From IMG/VR virus record IMGVR_UViG_3300037483_000964, positions 1 to 61,392 of that record: a stretch of 61,392 nucleotides of DNA. The stretch is one strand, 5' to 3'. A program made the position numbers and the translations under genes. The notes under the pieces are model-generated. The model saw nothing but the letters and a program-made list of their open reading frames with translations. It had not been told where the DNA came from and searched no databases. Shown here in pieces: positions 1 through 7,885 of this stretch. The DNA is from a virus (Duplodnaviria > Caudoviricetes). Each line of letters starts with the position of its first letter. Positions within the stretch are counted from its first letter, which is position 1.

Positions 1-127
1 AGCCGGGATGCCTACATCCAGCGGCTGAAGGACCGCGGGCTCGTCGAAGTGCGCGGCAACCTGGTGCTCGCCGCGCGGGGCGCGGAGGAGCACCTGGGCG
101 AGTTCGAACCGCTGCCGACAGGCGGCG
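1..127. repeat. Exact terminal direct repeat (copy 1), circular assembly overlap
   Basis: 1-127 is identical to 61266-61392; the ATPase reading frame continues across the junction. Confidence 0.95.
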
Positions 128-345
128 CGCTCCGGGAGTACTGGCTCGGCCGCTTGCCGCTCGGCGAGCGCGCGGTGCTGCAGGTCCTGATCGACCACCA
201 TCCCGATGGCCTCCCGCGCGATGCGATCAGCGAGCGGACGGAGTACCGGCGCTCGAGTCGGGACGCGTACATCCAGCGGCTCAAGGCGAGGAAGGTCATC
301 GAGGTGGAAGGCGCGGTCGTGCGGGCGAGCGAGATGCTCTTCTGA
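1..345 (+). CDS. C-terminal part of the HerA/DUF87-like ATPase that starts at 59871 (winged-helix-like repeats)
   Basis: Frame 1 continues the 59871 ORF (SRDAYIQRLKDRGLVEV...) to TGA at 345. Confidence 0.85.
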   Translation, partial: SRDAYIQRLKDRGLVEVRGNLVLAARGAEEHLGEFEPLPTGGALREYWLGRLPLGERAVLQVLIDHHPDGLPRDAISERTEYRRSSRDAYIQRLKARKVIEVEGAVVRASEMLF

Positions 346-388
346 CAACGGGATAACCGCGGAAACTGGAACCCTCAGGAGAGGGAAC

Positions 389-1039
389 ATGAAGTTTACC
401 GATGAGCGACTGGCCAGGATTTGCAGCATGAACCAGGTACCGGACTGGCGACCGACGATCGATCCCCGCGACCGGGAGGTGGTGCTGGCCACGCTCGGCC
501 TCTGTGAGTCGAATCTCGAGGTCATGTACGCGTTGGGCGCGCTCTTCCGCCTCGAGTTCAACGCGATGCGCGCCATCGAAGTCGCGGCCTGCACGACGGA
601 GGTGGCCGGTCGGCTCTGGCGGGCCCTGTGGTTCCAGGAGCCGTGGGATGGGTTCGGGTGCCCGCGATGCCGGCTCGACGGCGGTCCGAGCGGGGTCGTG
701 CTGGTGCCTCAGCTCGCGCTCCGGGGGCGGATCTGGGACTGGGGTCTCGTGTTCACGGCGGACAACGGCTCCCCGAACGGCTCGCTCTTTGGATTGCTCG
801 AGGTAGACGGCTACCAGGTGCATCGGCCCCGGCGGGGCCGGGATCGCGCGCAGAGGCAGGACGCGGCCGCGTGCGGCGTCCCGGTCTTCGGCTGCCAGGA
901 AGAGCTTCACGATCCGCTCTTCTGGTTCGACGCGGTCACCCATCATTACTGGGCGCAAGGTCTCTGGCCGGACGCGGCACGATGCGTCGTTGCGCGGCCA
1001 TGCAACCTCTTCCTGCCCCTCACAGACGAGGCGGCGTGA
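389..1039 (+). CDS. DUF559/Vsr-like endonuclease-fold protein
   Basis: ATG 389 after GGAGAGGG; motifs ESNLE, VPQ, LLEVDGYQVH..RDR typical of DUF559-type nucleases. Confidence 0.55.
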   Translation: MKFTDERLARICSMNQVPDWRPTIDPRDREVVLATLGLCESNLEVMYALGALFRLEFNAMRAIEVAACTTEVAGRLWRALWFQEPWDGFGCPRCRLDGGPSGVVLVPQLALRGRIWDWGLVFTADNGSPNGSLFGLLEVDGYQVHRPRRGRDRAQRQDAAACGVPVFGCQEELHDPLFWFDAVTHHYWAQGLWPDAARCVVARPCNLFLPLTDEAA

Positions 1040-1046
1040 GACGCGC

Positions 1047-2879
1047 ATGCTCTCTGACGATGTCCGGGCCGCCCTGTTCGCGCGTGAGGAAATGCACGCC
1101 AAGACGGACCGGGACCGGGTCCGGTTCCGTTGTCCGAGGCACGAGGACTCGACCCCATCCGCCTGGATGCAGGGCGGGTCCTGGGGGTGTTTCGCGTGCA
1201 ACTTCACGGAGTCGATCTCCACGCTGGCCAAGGAGCTGGGGGTGGCGCTCGGGAACGGGAGGGCCGAGGTGGAGGAAGCGACGTTCGATTACGTCGACGA
1301 GGCCGGGCGCCTGCTCTTCCAGGTCGTACGGTTCTGGCCGAAGCGGTTCCTCCAGCGGCGGCCCGACGGACAGGGTGGTTGGGAGTGGAAGACGAAGGAC
1401 GTGCGGCGCGTGCTGTACCGGCTGCCGGAGGTCCTCCAGGCTGCACGGGAGTCTCGCACCGTGTATGTGGTCGAGGGGGAAAAACACGCGGACCGGCTCG
1501 CGCACGACGGGCTGGTCGCCACCACCAATCCCGGCGGAGCGGGAAAGTGGAAGCCGGAGTTCGCCGATGCGCTCCGAGGTGCGCACGTGGTCGTGCTACC
1601 CGACAACGACGAGGCGGGCCGCCAGCACGGCCGGGCTGTCGCCCAGTCCCTGCGTGGCAAGGCGGCCGATGTCCGGATTCTCGAGTTGCCTGGACTGCCA
1701 CAGAAGGGCGATGTCATCGATTGGCTCGCGGAGGGGCACACGACTGCCCAACTCGACGAGATGGCATTCGAGGCAGAGCCCACACCTGCTGACGAGGCTA
1801 CCTCGGCCTCGCAACTGGAGGACAAGCCCCACTTCCCACCCCCTCTCTCGATCCGGGAGCTGCTGCAACAGCCGGAGCCCGAGGACGTCTTCATCATCGA
1901 ACCCTTCCTCCCGGCGGACGGCAACGTCCTGCTTGCCGCGTACCCGAAGTGCTTCAAGACCGGGTTCCTCCTCAGTCTCAGCATCGCAGCCGCGACCAGC
2001 CGCCCCTTCCTTGGCATGTTCGCGGTTCCCCGGCGGCACCGGGTCGGGCTCGTACTCATGGAGGACCGCGCGCACCGGATCCGCCGGCGGCTGCAAAGGC
2101 TCTGTCTCGGACTCCAGCCCCGCGGCATCGACATGGAGCTGCTCCAAGGACAGATGTGGCTCTGGTTCCGGCCACCACTCCTTCTATCTGACCCGAGGTC
2201 GACGCTCGAGCTGGGGCGCTACGTCCAGGAGCACGAGATCGACCTGCTCATCGTCGATTCCTGGTCGTACGTGGCCACCGGGAATCCCAACGACGCCGAC
2301 ATCGTCACGCCGCAACTCATGGCGCTATCGGGGCTTCGAGCGCAGGCGGCAGGTCTCACGACGCTGCTCGTTCATCATGCCCGGAAGACGCTGCAGGGAC
2401 AGCCTGGAACGGACGATGAGCGCCTTACGGACGTCATCCGGAACAGCAGCGCATTCGGCGCTTGGTACGATTCAGGGATCGTCCTCAGCCGCCAGAACGA
2501 GACAGCCCCGATCAAAGTCCGGATGGAGCTCCGAGACCTGCCGGCGCCAGACGCCTTCACGTTCACCCTGGAGGACGAGCACCCAGCAGGGCCGGACCAG
2601 GGACTCCAACCGGACGGCTGGATCCGCATGGTCCCGAATACAGAACACCCGGCCGTGGCGGCTCGCCGGGCGGCGGCGAAACGCCTCGCCCCGGCAGTGC
2701 TCGACATGCTCCGCGCAAACCCGGGCCTCTCGAAACGGCAAGTACGGGAACGGATCGGAGGCAGGGCTGCCGACGTGGACAGCACGCTCGAGTATCTCCG
2801 GGGTGAGGCGCTCGCGCAGTACTCCGACCCGGAACGGAAAGGTCAGGCCGGAGCCTGGTATGCGACCTCACTTGCCTGA
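1047..2879 (+). CDS. Primase-helicase (Zn finger + TOPRIM + AAA_25/RepA-like helicase + C-terminal HTH)
   Basis: CPRHED..CFAC zinc finger; VVEGEKHAD and LPDNDEAG TOPRIM motifs; variant P-loop AYPKCFKT; Walker B LLIVDS; LVHHARK. Confidence 0.9.
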   Translation: MLSDDVRAALFAREEMHAKTDRDRVRFRCPRHEDSTPSAWMQGGSWGCFACNFTESISTLAKELGVALGNGRAEVEEATFDYVDEAGRLLFQVVRFWPKRFLQRRPDGQGGWEWKTKDVRRVLYRLPEVLQAARESRTVYVVEGEKHADRLAHDGLVATTNPGGAGKWKPEFADALRGAHVVVLPDNDEAGRQHGRAVAQSLRGKAADVRILELPGLPQKGDVIDWLAEGHTTAQLDEMAFEAEPTPADEATSASQLEDKPHFPPPLSIRELLQQPEPEDVFIIEPFLPADGNVLLAAYPKCFKTGFLLSLSIAAATSRPFLGMFAVPRRHRVGLVLMEDRAHRIRRRLQRLCLGLQPRGIDMELLQGQMWLWFRPPLLLSDPRSTLELGRYVQEHEIDLLIVDSWSYVATGNPNDADIVTPQLMALSGLRAQAAGLTTLLVHHARKTLQGQPGTDDERLTDVIRNSSAFGAWYDSGIVLSRQNETAPIKVRMELRDLPAPDAFTFTLEDEHPAGPDQGLQPDGWIRMVPNTEHPAVAARRAAAKRLAPAVLDMLRANPGLSKRQVRERIGGRAADVDSTLEYLRGEALAQYSDPERKGQAGAWYATSLA

Positions 2880-2892
2880 TGCCATCCCACTT

Positions 2893-3008
2893 CCGGACAC
2901 CGTGTCCGGGTGTGTCCTGACCGTGTCCCGGACACGGTCACAGGACTGCCAGGGGGGTCCGGTTGGGGCCCCCTTCAGGGGGGGCCCCATACCTGTGTCC
3001 GGGACACA
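2893..3008. promoter_or_regulatory. Candidate replication origin (GTGTCC/GGACAC iteron-like palindromes)
   Basis: 7 copies of GTGTCC/GGACAC, six of them in three palindromes, immediately downstream of the primase-helicase. Confidence 0.55.
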
Positions 3009-3084
3009 CCCCCCATGGCCATGTCCTGTGGAAGTGCGTCCCGGCCGTCTGAACACGACCAGACACCAAAAAAAGGAGAACCCC

Positions 3085-3528
3085 GTGGCAAAGAAGCGAT
3101 TCACCCGGATCAAGAGCGTGGACCCCGACGACTTCCAGCTGATCGGCAGCGTCGGAACAGAAGTCCTGAGCGGCCCGCTGGACGAGGGCTGGCAGGCGAA
3201 ACGGGAATTCAACCTCGCTTTCCTCGAGACCGTTCCGGAGCTGCTGGCCCGGGCGGTCGAGAAGAAAGCGGTGCTCGAATCGCAGGAGGGCGTGCCGGAC
3301 CACTGGAAATGGCCGGGCGGTGAACAGCGGCTGCTCGCGTTCCGGCTGCTCGCCGATGCGCGGCTCGTCGAGGACGGCGTGGGTGGCATGGTCGCGTTCA
3401 GCCGCCTTTGGCTCGGCGGCCGGCGGTTCACAAAGGAGTGGAAGACGTTCAAGGCGTGGCTCGAGCACGCGGCGAAGTTGATCCGCGGCGAGGTCGAGCT
3501 GGACGCGCCGGTCGTGCCCTGGGAGTGA
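3085..3528 (+). CDS. Hypothetical protein
   Basis: GTG start after AAGGAG; protein-like composition (MAKKRFTRIKSVDPDDF...). Confidence 0.7.
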   Translation: MAKKRFTRIKSVDPDDFQLIGSVGTEVLSGPLDEGWQAKREFNLAFLETVPELLARAVEKKAVLESQEGVPDHWKWPGGEQRLLAFRLLADARLVEDGVGGMVAFSRLWLGGRRFTKEWKTFKAWLEHAAKLIRGEVELDAPVVPWE

Positions 3529-3536
3529 GCCCGATG

Positions 3537-3986
3537 TCAGCGTCCGGCCCGTCGGACCTCGATCCCGGCCGCGAGCATCATCCGGGTCACGGCCCGGCGG
3601 GAGATGCCCAGCTCTTCCGCGATCCGGGCCAGGCTCCAGCCCTGCCGCTCGTACCAGTCGCGGAGCTGCGCCGCGTCCCGGTCATTGACGGTACTGACCC
3701 GGCGGAGCCCGAGGCGGTAGAGCCGGTCGTAGATCACGCCCCGGTCCACGTCGTAGTGCTCTGCGATCTCGGCGACCGTCTTGCGCCGCGCCACGAGCCG
3801 GCGCAGCTCCGCCTCATCGATCTCATGGGAGCGGCGCGGGATCTCGTGACGCTGGAGCCAGAGGTGCACGGTCGAGGCATCGGCGCCGGCCTCAGTGGCG
3901 ATCTCGGCGACCGTGGCTCCGTCGTCCTCGTAGCGGCGGCGGAGCCACGCGGCGTCGGCGAGGAGTTCGTTCCGCGTCGGCGACAT
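3537..3986 (-). CDS. Tandem helix-turn-helix DNA-binding protein
   Basis: Three HTH-like repeats (TVAEIATEAG, TVAEIAEHYD, SLARIAEELGISRRAV). Confidence 0.8.
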   Translation of the reverse strand: MSPTRNELLADAAWLRRRYEDDGATVAEIATEAGADASTVHLWLQRHEIPRRSHEIDEAELRRLVARRKTVAEIAEHYDVDRGVIYDRLYRLGLRRVSTVNDRDAAQLRDWYERQGWSLARIAEELGISRRAVTRMMLAAGIEVRRAGR

Positions 3987-4138
3987 CAGACCTCCGATCC
4001 CCGCAGCACGATGGGCGTGGACTCATCGACGCCGGCCGCGAGGAGCGCCCGCTCCCGCCGGCGCATCAGCGCGTCCACTTGGTCTGTGCCCGTGTCCCTG
4101 ATGTCGCGCAGCAGGACGGCGGCCTGGAGCACCGACAT
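3986..4138 (-). CDS. Small hypothetical protein (50 aa)
   Basis: MSVLQAAVLLRDIRD...; its TGA overlaps the ATG of the HTH gene. Confidence 0.4.
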   Translation of the reverse strand: MSVLQAAVLLRDIRDTGTDQVDALMRRRERALLAAGVDESTPIVLRGSEV

Positions 4139-4237
4139 CGATGACGTCGTCCTGACTGTGCTCGGGGTCTACCGGATCCGGCTCCGTCGCCTCCGGGCGC
4201 TGTTCATCCGGATCTTCGGCCTGCCGCCGGTGGAAGC

Positions 4238-4870
4238 ATGATCCGGTTCACGGCCTACGGGACGCCGGCACCGGCCGGGAGCAAGCGTGGGTTTCCGGTC
4301 CGCGCCAAGGGCGGAAAGATCATGGTCCGGATGACCGACGACAGCAAGCGGGGGAAGCCGTGGCAAGCGGCCGTCCGGGCCGAGGCCGCAGAAGTCATGG
4401 CAGGCGCGCCACTGCTGAACGGCCCGCTGGAAGTCACGGCCACGTTCCACGTCCGGCGTCCCAAGGGCCATTACGGGGTGCGCGGACTCCGGCCCGCTGC
4501 CCCTGGGTGGCCGGCGGTCAAGCCGGACGCCGCGAAACTCTGGCGCGCGGTCGCCGACGCGCTGACCGGCGTGGTCTGGCGTGACGATGCGCAGGTCGTG
4601 GTGGAGCACGTCACGAAACAGTACGGCGAGCCGGAGCGGGTGGACGTTTCGGTGCAGGAGGCGGGGCACGTCAACCGGCTTGAATGCGTCGATCTGGAGC
4701 CCGAGTGGGGCCGTTGTGCATCACTATCCCATCCAAACGATGCGCAATCCCACGGGAAAGCGGGTCCTTCCCATCGAGCAACGATGGCGCAGGCGAAGCC
4801 CGCCCGACGTTTCGGTAGCCAGACTTTTCCACAGAACCCGGGTTTCCGTTTCAAGGACCCGCCGAAATGA
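4238..4870 (+). CDS. rusA: RusA-family Holliday junction resolvase
   Basis: GTPAPAGSKR and KPDAAKLWRAVADALTGVVWRDDAQVV signatures. Confidence 0.9.
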   Translation: MIRFTAYGTPAPAGSKRGFPVRAKGGKIMVRMTDDSKRGKPWQAAVRAEAAEVMAGAPLLNGPLEVTATFHVRRPKGHYGVRGLRPAAPGWPAVKPDAAKLWRAVADALTGVVWRDDAQVVVEHVTKQYGEPERVDVSVQEAGHVNRLECVDLEPEWGRCASLSHPNDAQSHGKAGPSHRATMAQAKPARRFGSQTFPQNPGFRFKDPPK

Positions 4871-5676
4871 CAGGAGCCAGGGCCCACCGCCCGCGCCAGG
4901 CCATCGTCGCCGCGGCCACCGTCCACCGCCGGCTGGACCGGCTCGCCCCGAAGCACCGGACGTGCGTCCGCCGGAGCCGCCACATCGCCGGCGGCGCGCC
5001 CAGCCTGGCGATGATCCGGCCGCTCACCTTCGAGCCGCTCATCGCCCCGGCCCGGGACGTCCTGGGCGGCGGCCCGCACGTCGCGCTCGTGTTGGGCGGC
5101 GCCGCGTCGCTCTGGTCGGACATCCGGGCCGTCGAGGCGCTGATCGGCGCGCACTGGGACACGATCGGCATCGTCATCGCCGTGAACATGGCGGGCGTCT
5201 ACTGGCCCGGCCGGCTCGACCACTGGGTCACGCTTCACCCCGAGTTCTACTTCGCGGGCGGCAACCCGACGCCCCGGACCGGGCCCTGGAAGTCGCTCCG
5301 GCGCGGCAACTCCGACTACTGGGTCTGGACGTTTGTCGGGTCGAAGCACGCGGCGTCCGTGCACCGCACCCTCAGCCATCCGGGCGGCGGTAGTGGGCTC
5401 CTGGCCGTGCACGTCGCGCTCCGGCTCGGCTGCCCGCGCATCGTGCTGGCCGGGATGCCCATCGACTCGGGTGCCCATTTCGACCGGCCCGGGAAGTGGA
5501 CCGCGGCCGACCGATTCCAACCGGAATGGGAAGCGGACGTCCCCAAGCTCGGTGGCCGGGTCCGCTCGATGAGCGGGTGGAGCGCGGGGTTGCTCGGCCG
5601 GCCGACGGCCGAATGGATCCGGGAGGGGATCAGTTTGCGGGGCGAGAAAATAGCGGTTTCTCGACCCGGAAATTGA
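4867..5676 (+). CDS. DUF115/MptE-like Rossmann-fold, putative glycosyltransferase-related protein (paralog 1; true start may be 5011)
   Basis: ALVLGGA, IAVN, DHWVTLHPE, SGLLAVHVALRLGCPRIVLAGMP; paralogous to the 14070 and 14597 ORFs. Confidence 0.6.
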   Translation: MTGARAHRPRQAIVAAATVHRRLDRLAPKHRTCVRRSRHIAGGAPSLAMIRPLTFEPLIAPARDVLGGGPHVALVLGGAASLWSDIRAVEALIGAHWDTIGIVIAVNMAGVYWPGRLDHWVTLHPEFYFAGGNPTPRTGPWKSLRRGNSDYWVWTFVGSKHAASVHRTLSHPGGGSGLLAVHVALRLGCPRIVLAGMPIDSGAHFDRPGKWTAADRFQPEWEADVPKLGGRVRSMSGWSAGLLGRPTAEWIREGISLRGEKIAVSRPGN

Positions 5677-5681
5677 AACGA

Positions 5682-5882
5682 AGTGGCGTGGCAGGGCGAA
5701 GCTTGGCCCGGTGCGGCGTGGCGTGGTGAGGCGCGGCAGGAGTGACAAGGCGAGGCTGGGTGAGTTGGGGCATGGATGGGTCGGGTCGGGTCTGACCAGA
5801 TGCGGTGGAGTGAGGCAGGAGTGACACGGTGTGGCGAGGCCCGGCGGGGTGCGGCGAGGTGCGATGTGTCGCGGCGCGGTCT
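5682..5882 (+). ncRNA. GGY-NN pentamer array 1 (candidate guide-RNA array, 3 segments)
   Basis: Segments of 10, 13 and 11 GGY-NN units separated by GGCAGGAGTGACA(A/C) at 5735-5748 and 5814-5827; intergenic. Confidence 0.8.
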
Positions 5883-5996
5883 GCCTGGTCGAAAGTGAAA
5901 AAGGGTGGGGGCCCTGGACGACCCCCGACCCTGTTGGGAAGCGCGGAGCATGGTGCCCGCGCTGGTTCGGCAACTTCAAGGTAAGGAAGGTATCCC

Positions 5997-6770
5997 ATGG
6001 CAGCAAGCAAGAAGGGCACAGCGGAGTCCGTAGACATCCTCAGGGTGCAGGAGGGCACGATCGCCTTCTGCATCGTCGGCCGCAGCCCGTTCGTCTGCAA
6101 CGCGATGAGCGCCAAGGTCCGACAGGGCCTGCTCAGCCCGGGCCCCAAGAAGGGCACCACGGAGAAGGGCGCGACCCTCAAGCACAACCCGCTCGAGGAG
6201 TACCAGCGGAGCGCGTACCGCTCGGTGGGCGATGCCGCGGAGACGCGCATCCAGTTCCTCGCGGCCGGCTTCAAGCGGGCGATGGCGAACGCTGCGCTGG
6301 AGATCCCGGGCACCAACAAGGCACAGATCGGTCGGCTGTGCTGGGCTGAGGGGATGTACGTCCCGATCTACGGGATCCCGCAGATGTGGATGAGCGTGAC
6401 CAGGAGCGCCGACATGAAGCGGACGCCGGACATCCGGACCCGCGCCATCATCTCCGAATGGGCGTCCCGCGTGACGGTCCGCTACGTCATTCCGAACCTT
6501 CGTGAACAGCCGGTCATCAACCTTATGGCTTCGGCGGGCGTGTTCATCGGCGTCGGCGACGGTCGGCCCGAGAAGGGCGCACTCTCCTTCGGCCAGTTCG
6601 AGGTGGTGGCTGAAGACGACGAGCGGTACCAGCGGATCCTCAAGACGGGTGGCCGCAAGGCGCAGGATGACGCCTTCGAGAATCCGACGTTCTACGATGT
6701 CGAGACGGAAGAGCTGTACGAGTGGTGGATCGCCGACGCCAAGCGGCGTGGCTTCAAGATCGTTGCCTGA
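5997..6770 (+). CDS. Stand-alone RAMP/Cas7-like RNA-binding protein (Vipr-like)
   Basis: N-terminal strand + GRSPFV, central AAGFKRAM helix, C-terminal glycine-rich loop AGVFIGVGDGRPEKGALSFGQFEV; RBS AAGGAAGG; flanked by GGY-NN arrays. Confidence 0.75.
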   Translation: MAASKKGTAESVDILRVQEGTIAFCIVGRSPFVCNAMSAKVRQGLLSPGPKKGTTEKGATLKHNPLEEYQRSAYRSVGDAAETRIQFLAAGFKRAMANAALEIPGTNKAQIGRLCWAEGMYVPIYGIPQMWMSVTRSADMKRTPDIRTRAIISEWASRVTVRYVIPNLREQPVINLMASAGVFIGVGDGRPEKGALSFGQFEVVAEDDERYQRILKTGGRKAQDDAFENPTFYDVETEELYEWWIADAKRRGFKIVA

Positions 6771-6783
6771 TCCCACGAATCCG

Positions 6784-6817
6784 ACCCGGGGCCCCACACG
6801 GTTGCGGGGCCCCGGGT
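6784..6817 (+). promoter_or_regulatory. Strong intergenic stem-loop
   Basis: Perfect 12-bp stem ACCCGGGGCCCC/GGGGCCCCGGGT; no poly-T tail. Confidence 0.55.
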
Positions 6818-6848
6818 TCGGGTTCCGGAAACCTGAAAGGAAGGAAGC

Positions 6849-7322
6849 GTGAACGGAGAAGCGCGAAAGACGAAGATCTACGAACGGCTTCAGGCGTTGG
6901 CGGCCGGCGGCCGCTTGACTGCCGAGGTCGTGCTCGCCGATGCGAAGAAGAAGAACAGCCCGCTGCATGGGGAGTTCGAGTGGGACGATTCAGTGGCGGG
7001 ACGTCGCTATCGTCTCGATCAGGCGCGCTCCATGATCGCATCGGTGAAGGTCTACATCGAGCGGCGGACCATGGTGATCGCGGTCCCGGTTTACACCCGT
7101 GACCCGGACGCCGAAAGCAAAGAGCAGGGCTACCGTTCAACCGCGACGCTCAAGACCGACCGGGAGAGGGCGCGCGATGCGCTCATCTCCGAGGCTGGCC
7201 GGGCTGCTGCGTACATGGGGCGGGTTCGGGCGTTGTCGGTTGCGCTCGACATGGAGGATGAAGTGGACGAGATCATCGGCCGGTTCGCTGCGTTCCGCAT
7301 GCGTGCCGAAGTATCGGCGTGA
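6849..7322 (+). CDS. Conserved phage protein, putative accessory partner of the RAMP-like gene
   Basis: LTAEVVLADAKKKNSPLHGEFEWDDSVAGRRYRLDQARSMI motif; RBS AAGGAAGG; lies between the RAMP-like gene and array 2. Confidence 0.75.
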   Translation: MNGEARKTKIYERLQALAAGGRLTAEVVLADAKKKNSPLHGEFEWDDSVAGRRYRLDQARSMIASVKVYIERRTMVIAVPVYTRDPDAESKEQGYRSTATLKTDRERARDALISEAGRAAAYMGRVRALSVALDMEDEVDEIIGRFAAFRMRAEVSA

Positions 7323-7328
7323 ATTTGT

Positions 7329-7634
7329 AGTGGCGTGGCACGGTCGGGCCGGGGATGGCGAGGTGCGGCCTGGTGCGGTCGGGCATGGTGCGGAGCGGGT
7401 GCGGCGTGGCAGGAGTGACAAGGTCGGGCCCGGAGCGGTGGGGAGCGGTTGGGTTAGGCTTGGCGAGGCCAGATGCGGCGTGGCGGGAATGATAAGGTGC
7501 GACACGGTGCGTTTGGGTGGGGATTGGATTGGCTTGGCCGGGCAAGGCATGCCGGGAGTGACATGGCGAGGCGCGATGAGGTTTGGCCGGGCGCGGCGGG
7601 GCTTGGCGCGGCGCGGCGCGGTATGGCGAGGCGG
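7329..7634 (+). ncRNA. GGY-NN pentamer array 2 (candidate guide-RNA array, 4 segments)
   Basis: Segments of 15, 12, 11 and 13 units; linkers GGCAGGAGTGACAA (7408-7421), GGCGGGAATGATAA (7482-7495), GCCGGGAGTGACAT (7551-7564); same AGTGGCGTGGCA start as array 1. Confidence 0.8.
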
Positions 7635-7657
7635 GCGTCACCTAACGAAAAAGGAAG

Positions 7658-7885
7658 ATGATGGGTGAGGCGAAGCGGAAGCAGGAGGCGGCACCGGCCG
7701 CCGACTATTCGCCCGGCGTCGTAAAGACGAAGGCCGGCGGCTTCTACTGGATCGACGCCGGAGGTCGGGTCTTCCGGATGCTCCGTGGCAGCCGGGTCCG
7801 GGAGCCGGCGGTCATCGCCGACGTGCAGGCGGTCGCGAAGATGCCGCCGACGGAACCGCCGCGAGTCCAGTTGGTCGAGCGGTGA
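7658..7885 (+). CDS. Hypothetical protein
   Basis: RBS AAGGA; translationally coupled to the next gene. Confidence 0.6.
   Translation: MMGEAKRKQEAAPAADYSPGVVKTKAGGFYWIDAGGRVFRMLRGSRVREPAVIADVQAVAKMPPTEPPRVQLVER

Noticed and set aside
1-127. Biological terminal repeat or att core
   Set aside because: It falls mid-gene and its length matches a k=127 assembly overlap
628-3528. 966-aa ORF and other long alternative-frame or antisense ORFs (e.g. 19290-21146, 27246-29204, 30698-32824)
   Set aside because: Shadow ORFs expected at very high GC; they overlap motif-supported genes. Only 3085-3528 looks real
4138-4207. Stop-codon readthrough or recoding at TAG 4169-4171 on the minus strand
   Set aside because: The upstream segment is short and low-complexity, and TAG serves as a normal stop elsewhere (e.g. 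the terminase gene)
5685-7634. Classical CRISPR or TIGR array
   Set aside because: No 23-47 bp repeats with unique spacers, no cas1/cas2, no Nop-domain gene; the periodicity is 5 nt
7099-7668. ORFs crossing the arrays (7099-7668, 7137-7550, 7273-7641, also 5316-5951 and 5831-6349)
   Set aside because: G/R/A/W or P/H-rich translations are by-products of the pentamer repeat and overlap better genes
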